Assembly: GCA_030690215.1 (NCBI GenBank)
Contig: JAUYHD010000022.1
Coordinates: forward strand, 1-61,793
DNA: 61,793 bases
From: a bacterium
Lineage (GTDB): Bacteria; Patescibacteriota; Minisyncoccia; 1-14-0-10-42-19
Direction of reading: 5' to 3'
Part shown: positions 17,640 through 26,500 of the stretch, one piece after another
How positions within the stretch are numbered: position 1 is the first letter of the stretch
Layout of the letters: every line of letters begins with the position of its first letter
The notes under the pieces: model-generated
What the model was told of the DNA's origin: nothing
Seen by the model: the letters and a program-made list of their open reading frames with translations, nothing else
Databases searched by the model: none
Translations under genes and position numbers: made by a program

Positions 17640-19172
17640 ATGCGGCAGGAATTTCTTCATATTGTCTCACATAGTGATTTTACGGGTCGTGATAGGATTG
17701 TGTATCGCTTTTTTGAAATGGTGCCGGGGCTTTTGGCGTGGGGTACTATTGCGGGCGTCATTCTTTTGTCGTGGCTCTGGCCCTTAGGAGTGGCCATTTT
17801 CATCATTCTTTTTAGCATCTACTGGGTTATTCGGACGTTTTATTTGCTTGTGCACTTGCGCGTAAATTGGGGGCGTATACGACGCTTCCAGAAAACAGAT
17901 TGGGAAAAGCGTATGCGCAATTTAAAATGGGATGGGTTGTGGCAGCTTGTGCTTTTGCCGGCGTATCACGAACCGTATGATGTCATCCGCGAAACCCTTG
18001 AACATCTGAAAGAAGCGCGTTGGCCGCGCCAACGCTTTATTGTTGTACTTGCGCTTGAGGAGCGCGCGGGGGCGGAGATAGAAAAGCAGGCGGAGCGATT
18101 ACGAGAAGAATTCAAAGATTCATTCCGTTTTTTTGAAGTAACCAAGCATCCGGCGAACCTCTCGGGAGAAATCCCCGGGAAGGGTTCCAACTCCTCATGG
18201 GCGCTCGCGCAAGTTCGGCGCGATATCATTGATAAAGAAGCAATTCCGTACGAAGACATACTGGTCTCCGCGTTTGATGTGGACACGCAGGTCTTTCCTG
18301 ATTATTTTTATTGCCTTGCCTACCATTTTTTAACTGCGGAAAAACCCCATCGTTCTTCCTACCAGCCGGTCCCGCTGTACAACAATAATATGTGGGACGC
18401 GTCATTTTTGTCGCGCGTGGTCGCAAGCTCAAATACGTTCTGGCAGATGATGGAGCAGGAACGGCCCGAACGATTAGTTACGTTTTCGTCGCATTCCATG
18501 AGCTTTAAGATGCTTGTTGAGGTCGGGTATTGGCAAAAAAATATTGTGTCTGAAGATTCGCGTATTTTTTGGAACAGCTTGTTACATTATGATGGCGATT
18601 ACCGGGTAGTACCGCTTTCGTATCCTGTGAGCATGGATGTAAATGTCGGCGCGGGTTTTTGGCAGACGGCAAAGCAGGTATATCGCCAGCAGAGGCGCTG
18701 GATGTGGGGAGTAGAAAATATTCCATACATCATGTTTTGTTTTTGGAAAAATAAAAAAATTCCCGGCAGGCAAAAAGCGCATTATATATTCGCGCAACTC
18801 GAAGGATTTTGGTCGCTTGCGACAAACCCGCTTTTGCTTTTTGCGGTCGGGTGGATGCCCCTGCTTCTTGGCGGACAGGAGTTTAATAACACGCTTCTTT
18901 CGTATAATCTTCCGCGCACGCTTCAGATATTGATGACGCTCGCGCTCGGAGGATTGTTGGTGCTTGTTCCTATCTCGTGGTCTTTTTTGCCGAAACGGCC
19001 CGCAGGAAGAAGCATGTTCGGTTCTCTTTTGATGATTCTTCAATGGGCGTTTATTCCCATCACCATCATTCTTTTCGGCTCAATCCCCGGGATTGAGGCA
19101 CAGACCCGTCTTATGCTAAACAAACCCCTTGGATTTTGGGTCACGCCGAAGCATCGGAACCCTGGAAGCTAG
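17640..19172 (+). CDS. Membrane-embedded family 2 glycosyltransferase (processive synthase-like)
   Basis: N- and C-terminal TM helices flank a GT-A domain with FDVDT, SEDSRIF and QQRRWMWG (a QxxRW-type motif). Confidence 0.75.
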   Translation: MRQEFLHIVSHSDFTGRDRIVYRFFEMVPGLLAWGTIAGVILLSWLWPLGVAIFIILFSIYWVIRTFYLLVHLRVNWGRIRRFQKTDWEKRMRNLKWDGLWQLVLLPAYHEPYDVIRETLEHLKEARWPRQRFIVVLALEERAGAEIEKQAERLREEFKDSFRFFEVTKHPANLSGEIPGKGSNSSWALAQVRRDIIDKEAIPYEDILVSAFDVDTQVFPDYFYCLAYHFLTAEKPHRSSYQPVPLYNNNMWDASFLSRVVASSNTFWQMMEQERPERLVTFSSHSMSFKMLVEVGYWQKNIVSEDSRIFWNSLLHYDGDYRVVPLSYPVSMDVNVGAGFWQTAKQVYRQQRRWMWGVENIPYIMFCFWKNKKIPGRQKAHYIFAQLEGFWSLATNPLLLFAVGWMPLLLGGQEFNNTLLSYNLPRTLQILMTLALGGLLVLVPISWSFLPKRPAGRSMFGSLLMILQWAFIPITIILFGSIPGIEAQTRLMLNKPLGFWVTPKHRNPGS

Positions 19173-19258
19173 CGGCTTACTCAAGGTGTATTGATTTTTT
19201 GATACGGATGAGTACTTCGATACATCGCTGTATCGAAGTATCTGTTTTGCATACAATT

Positions 19259-19285
19259 TCGGAAGTCGGACTTCCGATTTTTATT
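19259..19285. terminator. Hairpin between the convergent GT2 and recG genes
   Basis: TCGGAAGTC-G-GACTTCCGA followed by TTTTTATT. A second 11-bp hairpin lies at about 19213-19240. Confidence 0.55.
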
Positions 19286-21419
19286 CAAAATGTATATGAG
19301 AATCTCCGAGCGTGTCCGCTTTTTCTTTGAGAAGCGGATATTTTTTTAGTTCAAAGTCTTCCGTCAGGAGATTGCGAGCTTCGGTGCGCGCGGCTTCTAC
19401 CATTTTGAGATTTTGGAGTGCCATCATGCCGACATCCGAAATACCCCACTGTTTGATTCCCGTAAGTTCTCCCGCACCTCTAAATTGCAAATCGTATTCG
19501 GCAAGCTCAAATCCGTTTTTTGCGTTTACAAGCGCTTGCAAGCGTTCCTGTGTTTTTTGCGACGCAGAATCGGTAAAAATAAAACAATATGGCTGATGCG
19601 TTCCTCGCAGTACGCGTCCGCGAAGCTGGTGGAGCTGGGCTAACCCGAAGCGTTCAGCGCCCTCGATCATCATAATGGTAGCGTTCGGCACATTTACTCC
19701 CACCTCAATGACTGATGTTGCCACAAGCACCTGCGTTTTGCCTTGCCGGAATGCATTCATTGCTTTTTCTTTTTCTTTGGGGTTCATCTGCCCATGGAGC
19801 ATGCCGATAGAAAGCTCGGGGAAAATGTCTTTTGAAAGTTTTTTGTACTCCGCTTTTACCGACTTCATATCCAAAAACATAGGATTGTCTGTACGCGCTT
19901 CTTCCGCAATTCGCGGGCAAACCACAAATGCCTGTCTCCCATTTTGGATTTCTTTGCGCATAAACTCATAGGCATCGTTTCGTTTGTCCGGTTCTACGAT
20001 TGTTGTTTTGATTTGTTTTCGGCCGGGGGGCATTTCGTCCAAAAGGGTCAAATCAAGGTCGCCATATATGGTGAGCGCGAGTGTGCGCGGGATTGGGGTT
20101 GCGGTCATGCTCAGCAAATGCGGCAACATTTGCTGCGCGGACTTACGCCGGCCAACGAGCATTGCTCGTTGGCGTATCCCAAAGCGATGCTGTTCATCAA
20201 TGACCGCGAGCGCCAAGTTTTTGAATGTTACATTCTTTTGGATGAGCGCGTGTGTCCCAACAAGAATGTTTATTTCGCCGGACGCCACCCATTTGAGCAG
20301 TTGGCTTTTTGAGATGTGCGTATCGGGCTCGTAGCTGACTTTTGATGGGAATTTTCGGCATTCAGATGAAGTAATAAGCCCGATGTATATGCGCTTATTT
20401 TTGAACAGCGTTTGGAGTTCCTGGTAGTGCTGGCGCGCGACCACTTCGGTTGGCGCCATGAATGCCGCCTGCAGTCCTTCTTCAAGCACCGCATTAATTG
20501 CGCTTGCAGCCACCACCGTTTTGCCTGATCCTACATCTCCTTCCAGGAGGCGTGCCATTGGCGTTTCGTCTGTGAGATTTTTAAAAATAATGTCAATTGC
20601 TTTTGTCTGTGCGCCGGTTAACGAAAACGGAAGCGCGCTTAAAAAATTCGGAAGCGTTTTTTCGGGAGAGCCAAGCATGAAGGATGGATGGCTTTTGCGT
20701 TCCAGTCGTTCGCGCTGGCGCAACAGCTGGATAAAAAATATTTCTTCAAACGCAAAGCGCTTGCGCGCGGTTTCTATATGCGTATGTTTTTTGGGAGAAT
20801 GGATTGCGCTTAATGATTGGAGTATGTCCGGGAGTTTGTAGCGCGCACGCATATCGTCGGGAAGGGGATCGACGAGCGCTATATTATTTTTTTCTATCGC
20901 TTTGAATATTTTTTGGAGAGTGAATGCTATCCATCGCGACGAAATGCCTTTTGTTTCGGGATAGAAGGGGACGAGCTGGTCTCCTTTTTCAATGATGACT
21001 TCTTTTTCTTTGGTAAACGGCGTTTTGCTTTCAAAGCGGGGGTTTGCCATAAAAAGCCCTTTTTTGTCGCGTTGTACTTTACCCGAGAATGTATGCATGG
21101 CACCACCCGACAAAATATTTGCCATATACGGCTGGTTAAACCATACGATGCGGATGGAAGCAGTCCCGTCCGAAACAACGGTGCGCGCGATATTCATTTT
21201 CCGTTTCCATGTTTTTTCCGCTTTCGCGCTTATGACGCGCCCCTGGATGGTTGCTTCTTCGCCTTCCGAAAGATCGGCGATGGCTTTTTGGTCTTCAAAC
21301 GATTTGTATCGGATAGGGAAGTGGTAGAGTAAGTCGCGCACCGTTTTTATGCCCAAATGCGAAAGCGCGCGCTCATGTTGAGGTGTTATATTGAGGTGGT
21401 TTGAAAGCGGGCTCTTCAT
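19281..21419 (-). CDS. recG: ATP-dependent DNA helicase RecG
   Basis: OB/wedge N-terminus, helicase motifs GDVGSGKT and DEQHRFG, and the QLHQLRGRV motif. Confidence 0.95.
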   Translation of the reverse strand: MKSPLSNHLNITPQHERALSHLGIKTVRDLLYHFPIRYKSFEDQKAIADLSEGEEATIQGRVISAKAEKTWKRKMNIARTVVSDGTASIRIVWFNQPYMANILSGGAMHTFSGKVQRDKKGLFMANPRFESKTPFTKEKEVIIEKGDQLVPFYPETKGISSRWIAFTLQKIFKAIEKNNIALVDPLPDDMRARYKLPDILQSLSAIHSPKKHTHIETARKRFAFEEIFFIQLLRQRERLERKSHPSFMLGSPEKTLPNFLSALPFSLTGAQTKAIDIIFKNLTDETPMARLLEGDVGSGKTVVAASAINAVLEEGLQAAFMAPTEVVARQHYQELQTLFKNKRIYIGLITSSECRKFPSKVSYEPDTHISKSQLLKWVASGEINILVGTHALIQKNVTFKNLALAVIDEQHRFGIRQRAMLVGRRKSAQQMLPHLLSMTATPIPRTLALTIYGDLDLTLLDEMPPGRKQIKTTIVEPDKRNDAYEFMRKEIQNGRQAFVVCPRIAEEARTDNPMFLDMKSVKAEYKKLSKDIFPELSIGMLHGQMNPKEKEKAMNAFRQGKTQVLVATSVIEVGVNVPNATIMMIEGAERFGLAQLHQLRGRVLRGTHQPYCFIFTDSASQKTQERLQALVNAKNGFELAEYDLQFRGAGELTGIKQWGISDVGMMALQNLKMVEAARTEARNLLTEDFELKKYPLLKEKADTLGDSHIHFE

Positions 21420-21507
21420 CTCTTTATGATGCGGAAAAGCTAGCTAAAAGACAAACAAATAAAAAACCCGCCAAATGTGCCTGCCTAAAACACTCGAGAG
21501 AAAATGA

Positions 21508-21825
21508 TCAGGATAGCCAATGTTCCCTCAAATTTTTTATATCAGGGCGTTTTTCTTTTATCTCCTTTCTCAGCGCTTCATAGGAAAGCGGATTACGTTG
21601 AAACGAATGTAATTTGGTTTTGATTTCTTCTCTGGTGCCATGTTCTACAAGAAATCCCCTCATGAGATCACGTTCCTCAAGTGTAATGTTTTTTTCATTT
21701 CCGTTCAGATAGTTTCCCCATTTTTCTTTTGCTTCAATGCGAAAATGTTTCACGAAGCTTTCATCGTTTTCTTCATATGGCAATTCTTGTTCTTGCGGTT
21801 GCTCTTGGGATGATGGTTTTTCCAT
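21508..21825 (-). CDS. Hypothetical protein
   Basis: 105-aa ORF in the same orientation as recG. No recognised domain. Confidence 0.4.
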   Translation of the reverse strand: MEKPSSQEQPQEQELPYEENDESFVKHFRIEAKEKWGNYLNGNEKNITLEERDLMRGFLVEHGTREEIKTKLHSFQRNPLSYEALRKEIKEKRPDIKNLREHWLS

Positions 21826-21841
21826 AGATGAAATTTATTAA

Positions 21842-21913
21842 TGCGCCCGCGAAGAATCGGACTTCGATCTTGGGTTCCGCAAACCCACACTCTATCCATT
21901 GAGCTACGGGCGC
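21842..21913 (-). tRNA. tRNA-Arg(GCG)
   Basis: GCGCCCG-TA-GCTC-AATGGATA-GAGT-G-TGGGT-TTGCGGA-ACCCA-AGAT-CGAAG-TCCGATT-CTTCG-CGGGCGC-A. The T-loop reads TCC instead of TTC. Confidence 0.78.
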
Positions 21914-21937
21914 AAAATGATTTTATGCCGTTACCTT

Positions 21938-21966
21938 AATATAGCCATCTGATACTATTTTTTCAA
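21938..21966 (-). promoter_or_regulatory. Promoter TTGAAA-N17-TATATT for tRNA-Arg
   Basis: Reverse complement gives TTGAAA (21961-21966) and TATATT (21938-21943). Confidence 0.5.
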
Positions 21967-22058
21967 TATAATCTTTCCGTTTAAAATTAAAAAAAGATGC
22001 TCGTCCGCCGAAGCTCAGATGCAATATGAGCGAAGGAGGAAACGACGAGGGCAATATA

Positions 22059-22532
22059 TTAGAATCTGAGATACCGTCCCAATGTATCGGCAAATGCTTC
22101 TTCTTGCTGTTCTTCGCGTATGTATTTAATAAGAGTGTTTCGAACTTCGTTCGGGTCTGCATTTCCCAAAGGCACCGAAAGGCGCGGCATGATGCCTTTT
22201 CTAAAAATGATAGTCATCTCTTTGGGCCGCGGGGGGCCGTCATTTACCCAGAACGATTTTATATTCTCGTATGGATACAAGCGGTCTTCAATCCGCAAAC
22301 CTTGAACGGTGATTCCAAAAATGACTATTTTTGGCCGGCGCGCGCCGTATAGGGCAAGCGCAAAGGATGACACTATAATTAATACTCCAAATAAAAAATT
22401 ATTCAAGAGGTACGCAAGAACAAGTAGTATAAGGGTAAGCCCCCCTAAAGCGGCATACCACCCGCCCCCTTTTTGATAATACAGGTATTCGGGCGCTTGC
22501 CACGAAAATAGTGTTTTCATTTCGGTTGCCAT
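22059..22532 (-). CDS. Hypothetical membrane protein
   Basis: Two TM helices, then a soluble domain. Start set at the internal Met (MATEMKTLF..) because the longer ORF runs into the tRNA promoter region. Confidence 0.5.
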   Translation of the reverse strand: MATEMKTLFSWQAPEYLYYQKGGGWYAALGGLTLILLVLAYLLNNFLFGVLIIVSSFALALYGARRPKIVIFGITVQGLRIEDRLYPYENIKSFWVNDGPPRPKEMTIIFRKGIMPRLSVPLGNADPNEVRNTLIKYIREEQQEEAFADTLGRYLRF

Positions 22533-22579
22533 AAAGATAGTATAGCGCATCAAAACGTCTAGAAAAAACTCATATTTTT

Positions 22580-22591
22580 TGGTACTATAAT
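22580..22591 (+). promoter_or_regulatory. Extended -10 promoter TGGTACTATAAT for the tRNA-Ser locus
   Basis: TATAAT at 22586-22591, about 7 nt before GGTGGGG. Confidence 0.55.
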
Positions 22592-22597
22592 GAAACA

Positions 22598-22760
22598 CGG
22601 TGGGGTGGCCGCCTGTCCGCTAAAGCTCTCGCCTCGCCGGAGCCTTCGGCGTAGCGCGGGTTAGCGTCGGCGGAAGTGGTTGAAGGCGAGAGTCTTGTTA
22701 CCGATTTGCCTGCGAGCAAAGCGAGTAGTCGCAAATCGCAATCCCGTTCCACATTTCTAT
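22598..22760 (+). other. tRNA-Ser-like 5' module with a GC-rich insertion of about 62 nt in the D-loop and a non-tRNA 3' part
   Basis: GGTGGGGTGGCC + insertion (holding GC-rich repeat copy B, 22626-22660) + AAGTGGTTGAAGGCGAGAGTCTTG. The intact gene reads GGTGGGGTGGCTGAGTGGTTGAAGGCGACAGTCTTG. Confidence 0.55.
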
Positions 22761-22873
22761 CGGAAAAAAAACGGAGGCGTGGCTGAGCGGTTGAAGGCAC
22801 CGGTCCTGTCCTCCGGAGGAGGATCCGCCTCTGGCGGAAAAACTTATTTACAAAAGTATATTTTCTTTCTTGC

Positions 22874-22963
22874 GGTGGGGTGGCTGAGTGGTTGAAGGCG
22901 ACAGTCTTGAAAACTGTTGTACTCGCAAGGGTACCGTGAGTTCGAATCTCACCCCCACCGCCA
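22874..22963 (+). tRNA. tRNA-Ser(UGA), CCA encoded
   Basis: GGTGGGG-TG-GCTGAGTGGTTGAAGGC-G-ACAGT-CTTGAAA-ACTGT-long variable arm-GTGAG-TTCGAAT-CTCAC-CCCCACC-G-CCA. Confidence 0.9.
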
Positions 22964-23010
22964 GGAAGAAAATATAAAAGTTTAGTATCCGCAAGAGTGC
23001 CGTGAGTTCG

Positions 23011-23050
23011 CCCGATCATCCGATCGGGCGCCCAGTCGAATGACTGGGCG
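23011..23050 (+). repeat. 40-nt double-hairpin T-loop insertion, copy 2
   Basis: CCCGATC-ATCC-GATCGGG followed by CGCCCAGTC-GAAT-GACTGGGCG, inserted in GAGTTCG^AATCC. Confidence 0.75.
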
Positions 23051-23084
23051 AATCCTCTCGCTTCCGTTTTCGGATAATAAGAAT

Positions 23085-23468
23085 ATGACTCAACGAGAAT
23101 TTGAAACGATAGTCGCCGATATCGGACTTTCTGCGGTACCGGAAAAATTAAGGGACAGGATTAAAAATGTCGCTTTCATTATTGAGTATGAACCAAGCAA
23201 AGAAACCCGCAAAAAGCAGGGATTGCGTCATAACCAGACGCTCCTTGGTTTATATCACGGCATTCCTCAAAGCGTGCGCGGTGTAAACTACGGGGTAGGG
23301 AATGTCTTGCCTGATACGATTACGCTCTACCAAAAACCTATTGAAGAAGCAGGCGGGGGAGATCCCGTAAAAATCCGGGAGGTTATTAAAAACACCATTT
23401 GGCATGAAGTGGCTCACCACTTCGGTCTTGACCATAAAGAAATCGCAAAACGAGAACGAAAAGTATAG
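23085..23468 (+). CDS. Metallopeptidase family protein (Zincin_1/DUF1025-like)
   Basis: HEVAHHFG zinc motif near the C-terminus of a protein of about 127 aa. Start set at the Met after the tRNA locus. Confidence 0.65.
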   Translation: MTQREFETIVADIGLSAVPEKLRDRIKNVAFIIEYEPSKETRKKQGLRHNQTLLGLYHGIPQSVRGVNYGVGNVLPDTITLYQKPIEEAGGGDPVKIREVIKNTIWHEVAHHFGLDHKEIAKRERKV

Positions 23469-23538
23469 CTTCTTTCATTTGCGCTCATACATGTGAATTA
23501 GCATTGTACGGGGGTTTGATTTTACATATTATATAGAT

Positions 23539-26500
23539 ATGGATGAGATTGCGAACCCAGACATATCCGTTACTCCTAAAAAGGAAATATCGCAAGCGGG
23601 CGGCATTTCAGGCGGTGGCGGCAAGAAAGACAATTTCCTTTCTTTTTTTTCTCAATATAAAAAAAATATCGGGATAATCCTTTTTATACTGGTTGTTGCC
23701 GGTCTTTTTTATTTTTCGGGAGTTGTAGAAAAATTCGGCAGTCCCCGGTATGAAGAGCCCTATACGCTAGTGCCTGAAAAAATATCACAAAGCGCCGCTA
23801 TCCTTGTGCGCTTGCCCGAAGGCATTCGTATGGACGCAGACCAAGCTGTAGAAAAAATCACGTTTGAGCCCGTGATTGCGGGTGAATGGATAAGCGGTAA
23901 AAATGATTCTGAGCTTATTTTTCGGCCGAAGACAAAGTTAGAATTTGGTAAATATTATTCCGTTATTCTTGCGGCTGATGAAATTCGTCTTGAAAAAGAT
24001 TTTCTTATTGATGAGGACCCCAGGGTTATTTCTGTGTTTCCGGATGGGGGTTCCGAAGCATCCGAATATTCCAGCATCACCATTGTATTTAATAGGCCTA
24101 TGGTTCCTTTGACTACGCTTGATGTTCTTGCCAAAGAAAATGTTCCGGTTGAAATTTTGCCGCAAACGCCAGGGCGTTTTAAATGGATCACAACAAGGAA
24201 TTTACAATTTATTCCCGAGACGCGCTTGCAACGCTCTTCAAGTTACATCGTACGAATTAAGCAGGGTCTTGTTTCGCTCGACGGTCTTTCGGTTGCCGAA
24301 TTGGAACATAGATTTACGACAAGGCCGCTTCGTTATGAAGACGGACAGCAGGGACGTAGGCGGGGTGTTTCAAAAACGCTGTATAGCCAGCCAATCCGCA
24401 TTTTTTTTAATCAGCCTGTTGATATCGAAAGAACAAAGCAAGAGTTTGAGCTTACCCAAGTTAGTAGAGGCAGAGTTGATTTTACTGCCACATATGGAGT
24501 CCGCTCGATCTATAACGAAGAGACAAGAAAATATGAGCACAAGCTCGATAAATCAATTTTAGAAATTTATAACGCCCAAGACCGCCATGGCCGAAAAGGG
24601 TTTTGGGATTTTAATACCAATTATTCATATGTGCTTAAAAAAGCATATCCTCTTGAGGGGGACATTGATCTGCGCCAATCGATTGCCGGATCAATTGCAA
24701 CCACCGATATTATTGACACTCTTTCTGCGGAATCTCCGCGTACAGAGTTTGCCGAACCCGACCTCTTTGATCCACAGGGAAAATTATGGGTGACATTTTT
24801 TGAAGATATAGACAAGGACGCAAGTTCTATTGATGCCGATTTGCTTAAAGAAATTGGTTATGGAGAAAAGTGCAGAGAGCCGGAAGAGGGAGAGGAGGTT
24901 TCTTACGGAAAGGATTGCGAGAAGGTTACCGATTATAAACGGCTTTCGTTCACTTTTGATGAAAGCAAGTTCAAGCGCGGGCAACAGATATCATTGGAAT
25001 TTAAGAAAATTTTCAACAGGGCGGGACTTCGTTTAAATGCGGAGACGGTTACGCGTTCTGTAACCGCGTATCCCGAACTTGTGGTGTATAAAACGGTGCC
25101 TGCGGAAGGATCGCTTGACGCTGCTCTGACCGGAATGACTTTGTGCACATCAAATCCGCTTGCTGTGCCGGATGAAACAACTTTTTATGAATGGGTAAAA
25201 AGCAATGTTACTATCGGTCTTTGGAATTGGTACCCGCCTTTTCGGGTTCGGAGTGCGAATAGTAATTCTCTCTGTTCGCCGGGCCAATTTCAAAATACAA
25301 TTCGTTACGGTCTTGTCCCGGAATTCCCATATAAGATTGCGCTTTCTGTTGTTGATGATTTTGGCCAAAAAATTTCCAGAGAAGTTAATTTTACCAGTGG
25401 GAAATTATCTTCGTTTTCTCGGAACTTTTTTCATATGCAGGGACGGTATAATGTGACCTCTCCCGAACGAACAAAGCTGACATTTGCGGTAGACAATTTG
25501 GAATATGTGGATATGCATATTTGTAAAATTTCTGCCGAAACCATGCTGTCGTATATTGAAAAAAGACCGAACATAAGCTCTTCGCCCGCAAGCTTGAATT
25601 GCGAACAGGTTTTTGAGAAACGGATTGATTTGCCGAAGCGATATTGGTCCCGTGTATATTTTCAGGCAAATCTTAACGATTATGTTACGAGCCCGCTTGG
25701 GCATTATGTAGTTACGTTTAGTCATCCTGATTATCGCAGGGTCAGTCGTGAATGGAACTCTGCGAGCAGGCAGTATGTTGAACGGGTTGAGGGGCAACTC
25801 TATGAAAAATCCCTACTTACGGTAACGAAACTTGCGGTACAGGAAAAAAAGATTGACCGTCCTGAATTGGATATCCGGACAGAATTGGATAATGCGGTTT
25901 TGTCCCAATTTCCCCAGAATCTTTATTGGGTTACGGAGTTTGGCACTCTAGCATCGGTTATAGGCGCCAAAGTAGATTTATATAGGAAAGGACAGGAACG
26001 GGTTGGTTCATACAGTACGGATAGCGATGGCATCGCGCTTACCGATACATTTGAGGGCTTGGTAGGAGCTGTTGTGCGAAAAGATGGCGATAGCGCTATC
26101 GTGTCGTCCGGTATTGATCGATTGCAGTGGGGTTCTTCGGCTGTAGGCGTTGAGCGGACCTATCTTTATACTGACCGGCCAATTTATCGTCCCGGAGACA
26201 AGGTGTCTATTAAGGGCCTGTATCGTATCGGATATGATGCCCAATATGAAATTTTCCGGGATAATGATGCAACGATTGAGATTCGGGATAGTAATTATGA
26301 TGTTGCTTTGAAGAAGCAGGTTTCCATAAGCGATTACGGCACCTTTATTACTGAATTTACGCTTGATGCGCATGCGCCTCTTGGTACATATTCAATGGCA
26401 GCGCTTGATGGTTATGTGACGTTTGATGTAGAAGAATATGTTCCCGCGGCTTTTAAAGTGGAGACAAATGCCGATAAAGAGGAATATATTGCCGGGGGCA

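Larger units (their letters stand above)
22773..23066 (+). pseudogene. Interrupted second tRNA-Ser-like gene. Its acceptor strands pair across about 290 nt and enclose the intact tRNA-Ser
   Basis: 5' GGAGGCG-TG-GCTGAGCGGTTGAAGGC-A-CCGGTCCTG... and 3' ...GTGAGTTCG+40 nt+AATCCTCT-CGCTTCC-G. GGAGGCG pairs with CGCTTCC with one G-U pair. Whether it is a pseudogene or a spliced gene is unresolved. Confidence 0.5.

Noticed and set aside
22585-23019. 144-aa minus-strand ORF and the 71-aa plus-strand ORF at 22680-22895
   Set aside because: Both overlap the tRNA-Ser locus. The SSGGGSASGGK peptide similarity to IleRS reflects the shared 39-nt DNA element, not a gene.
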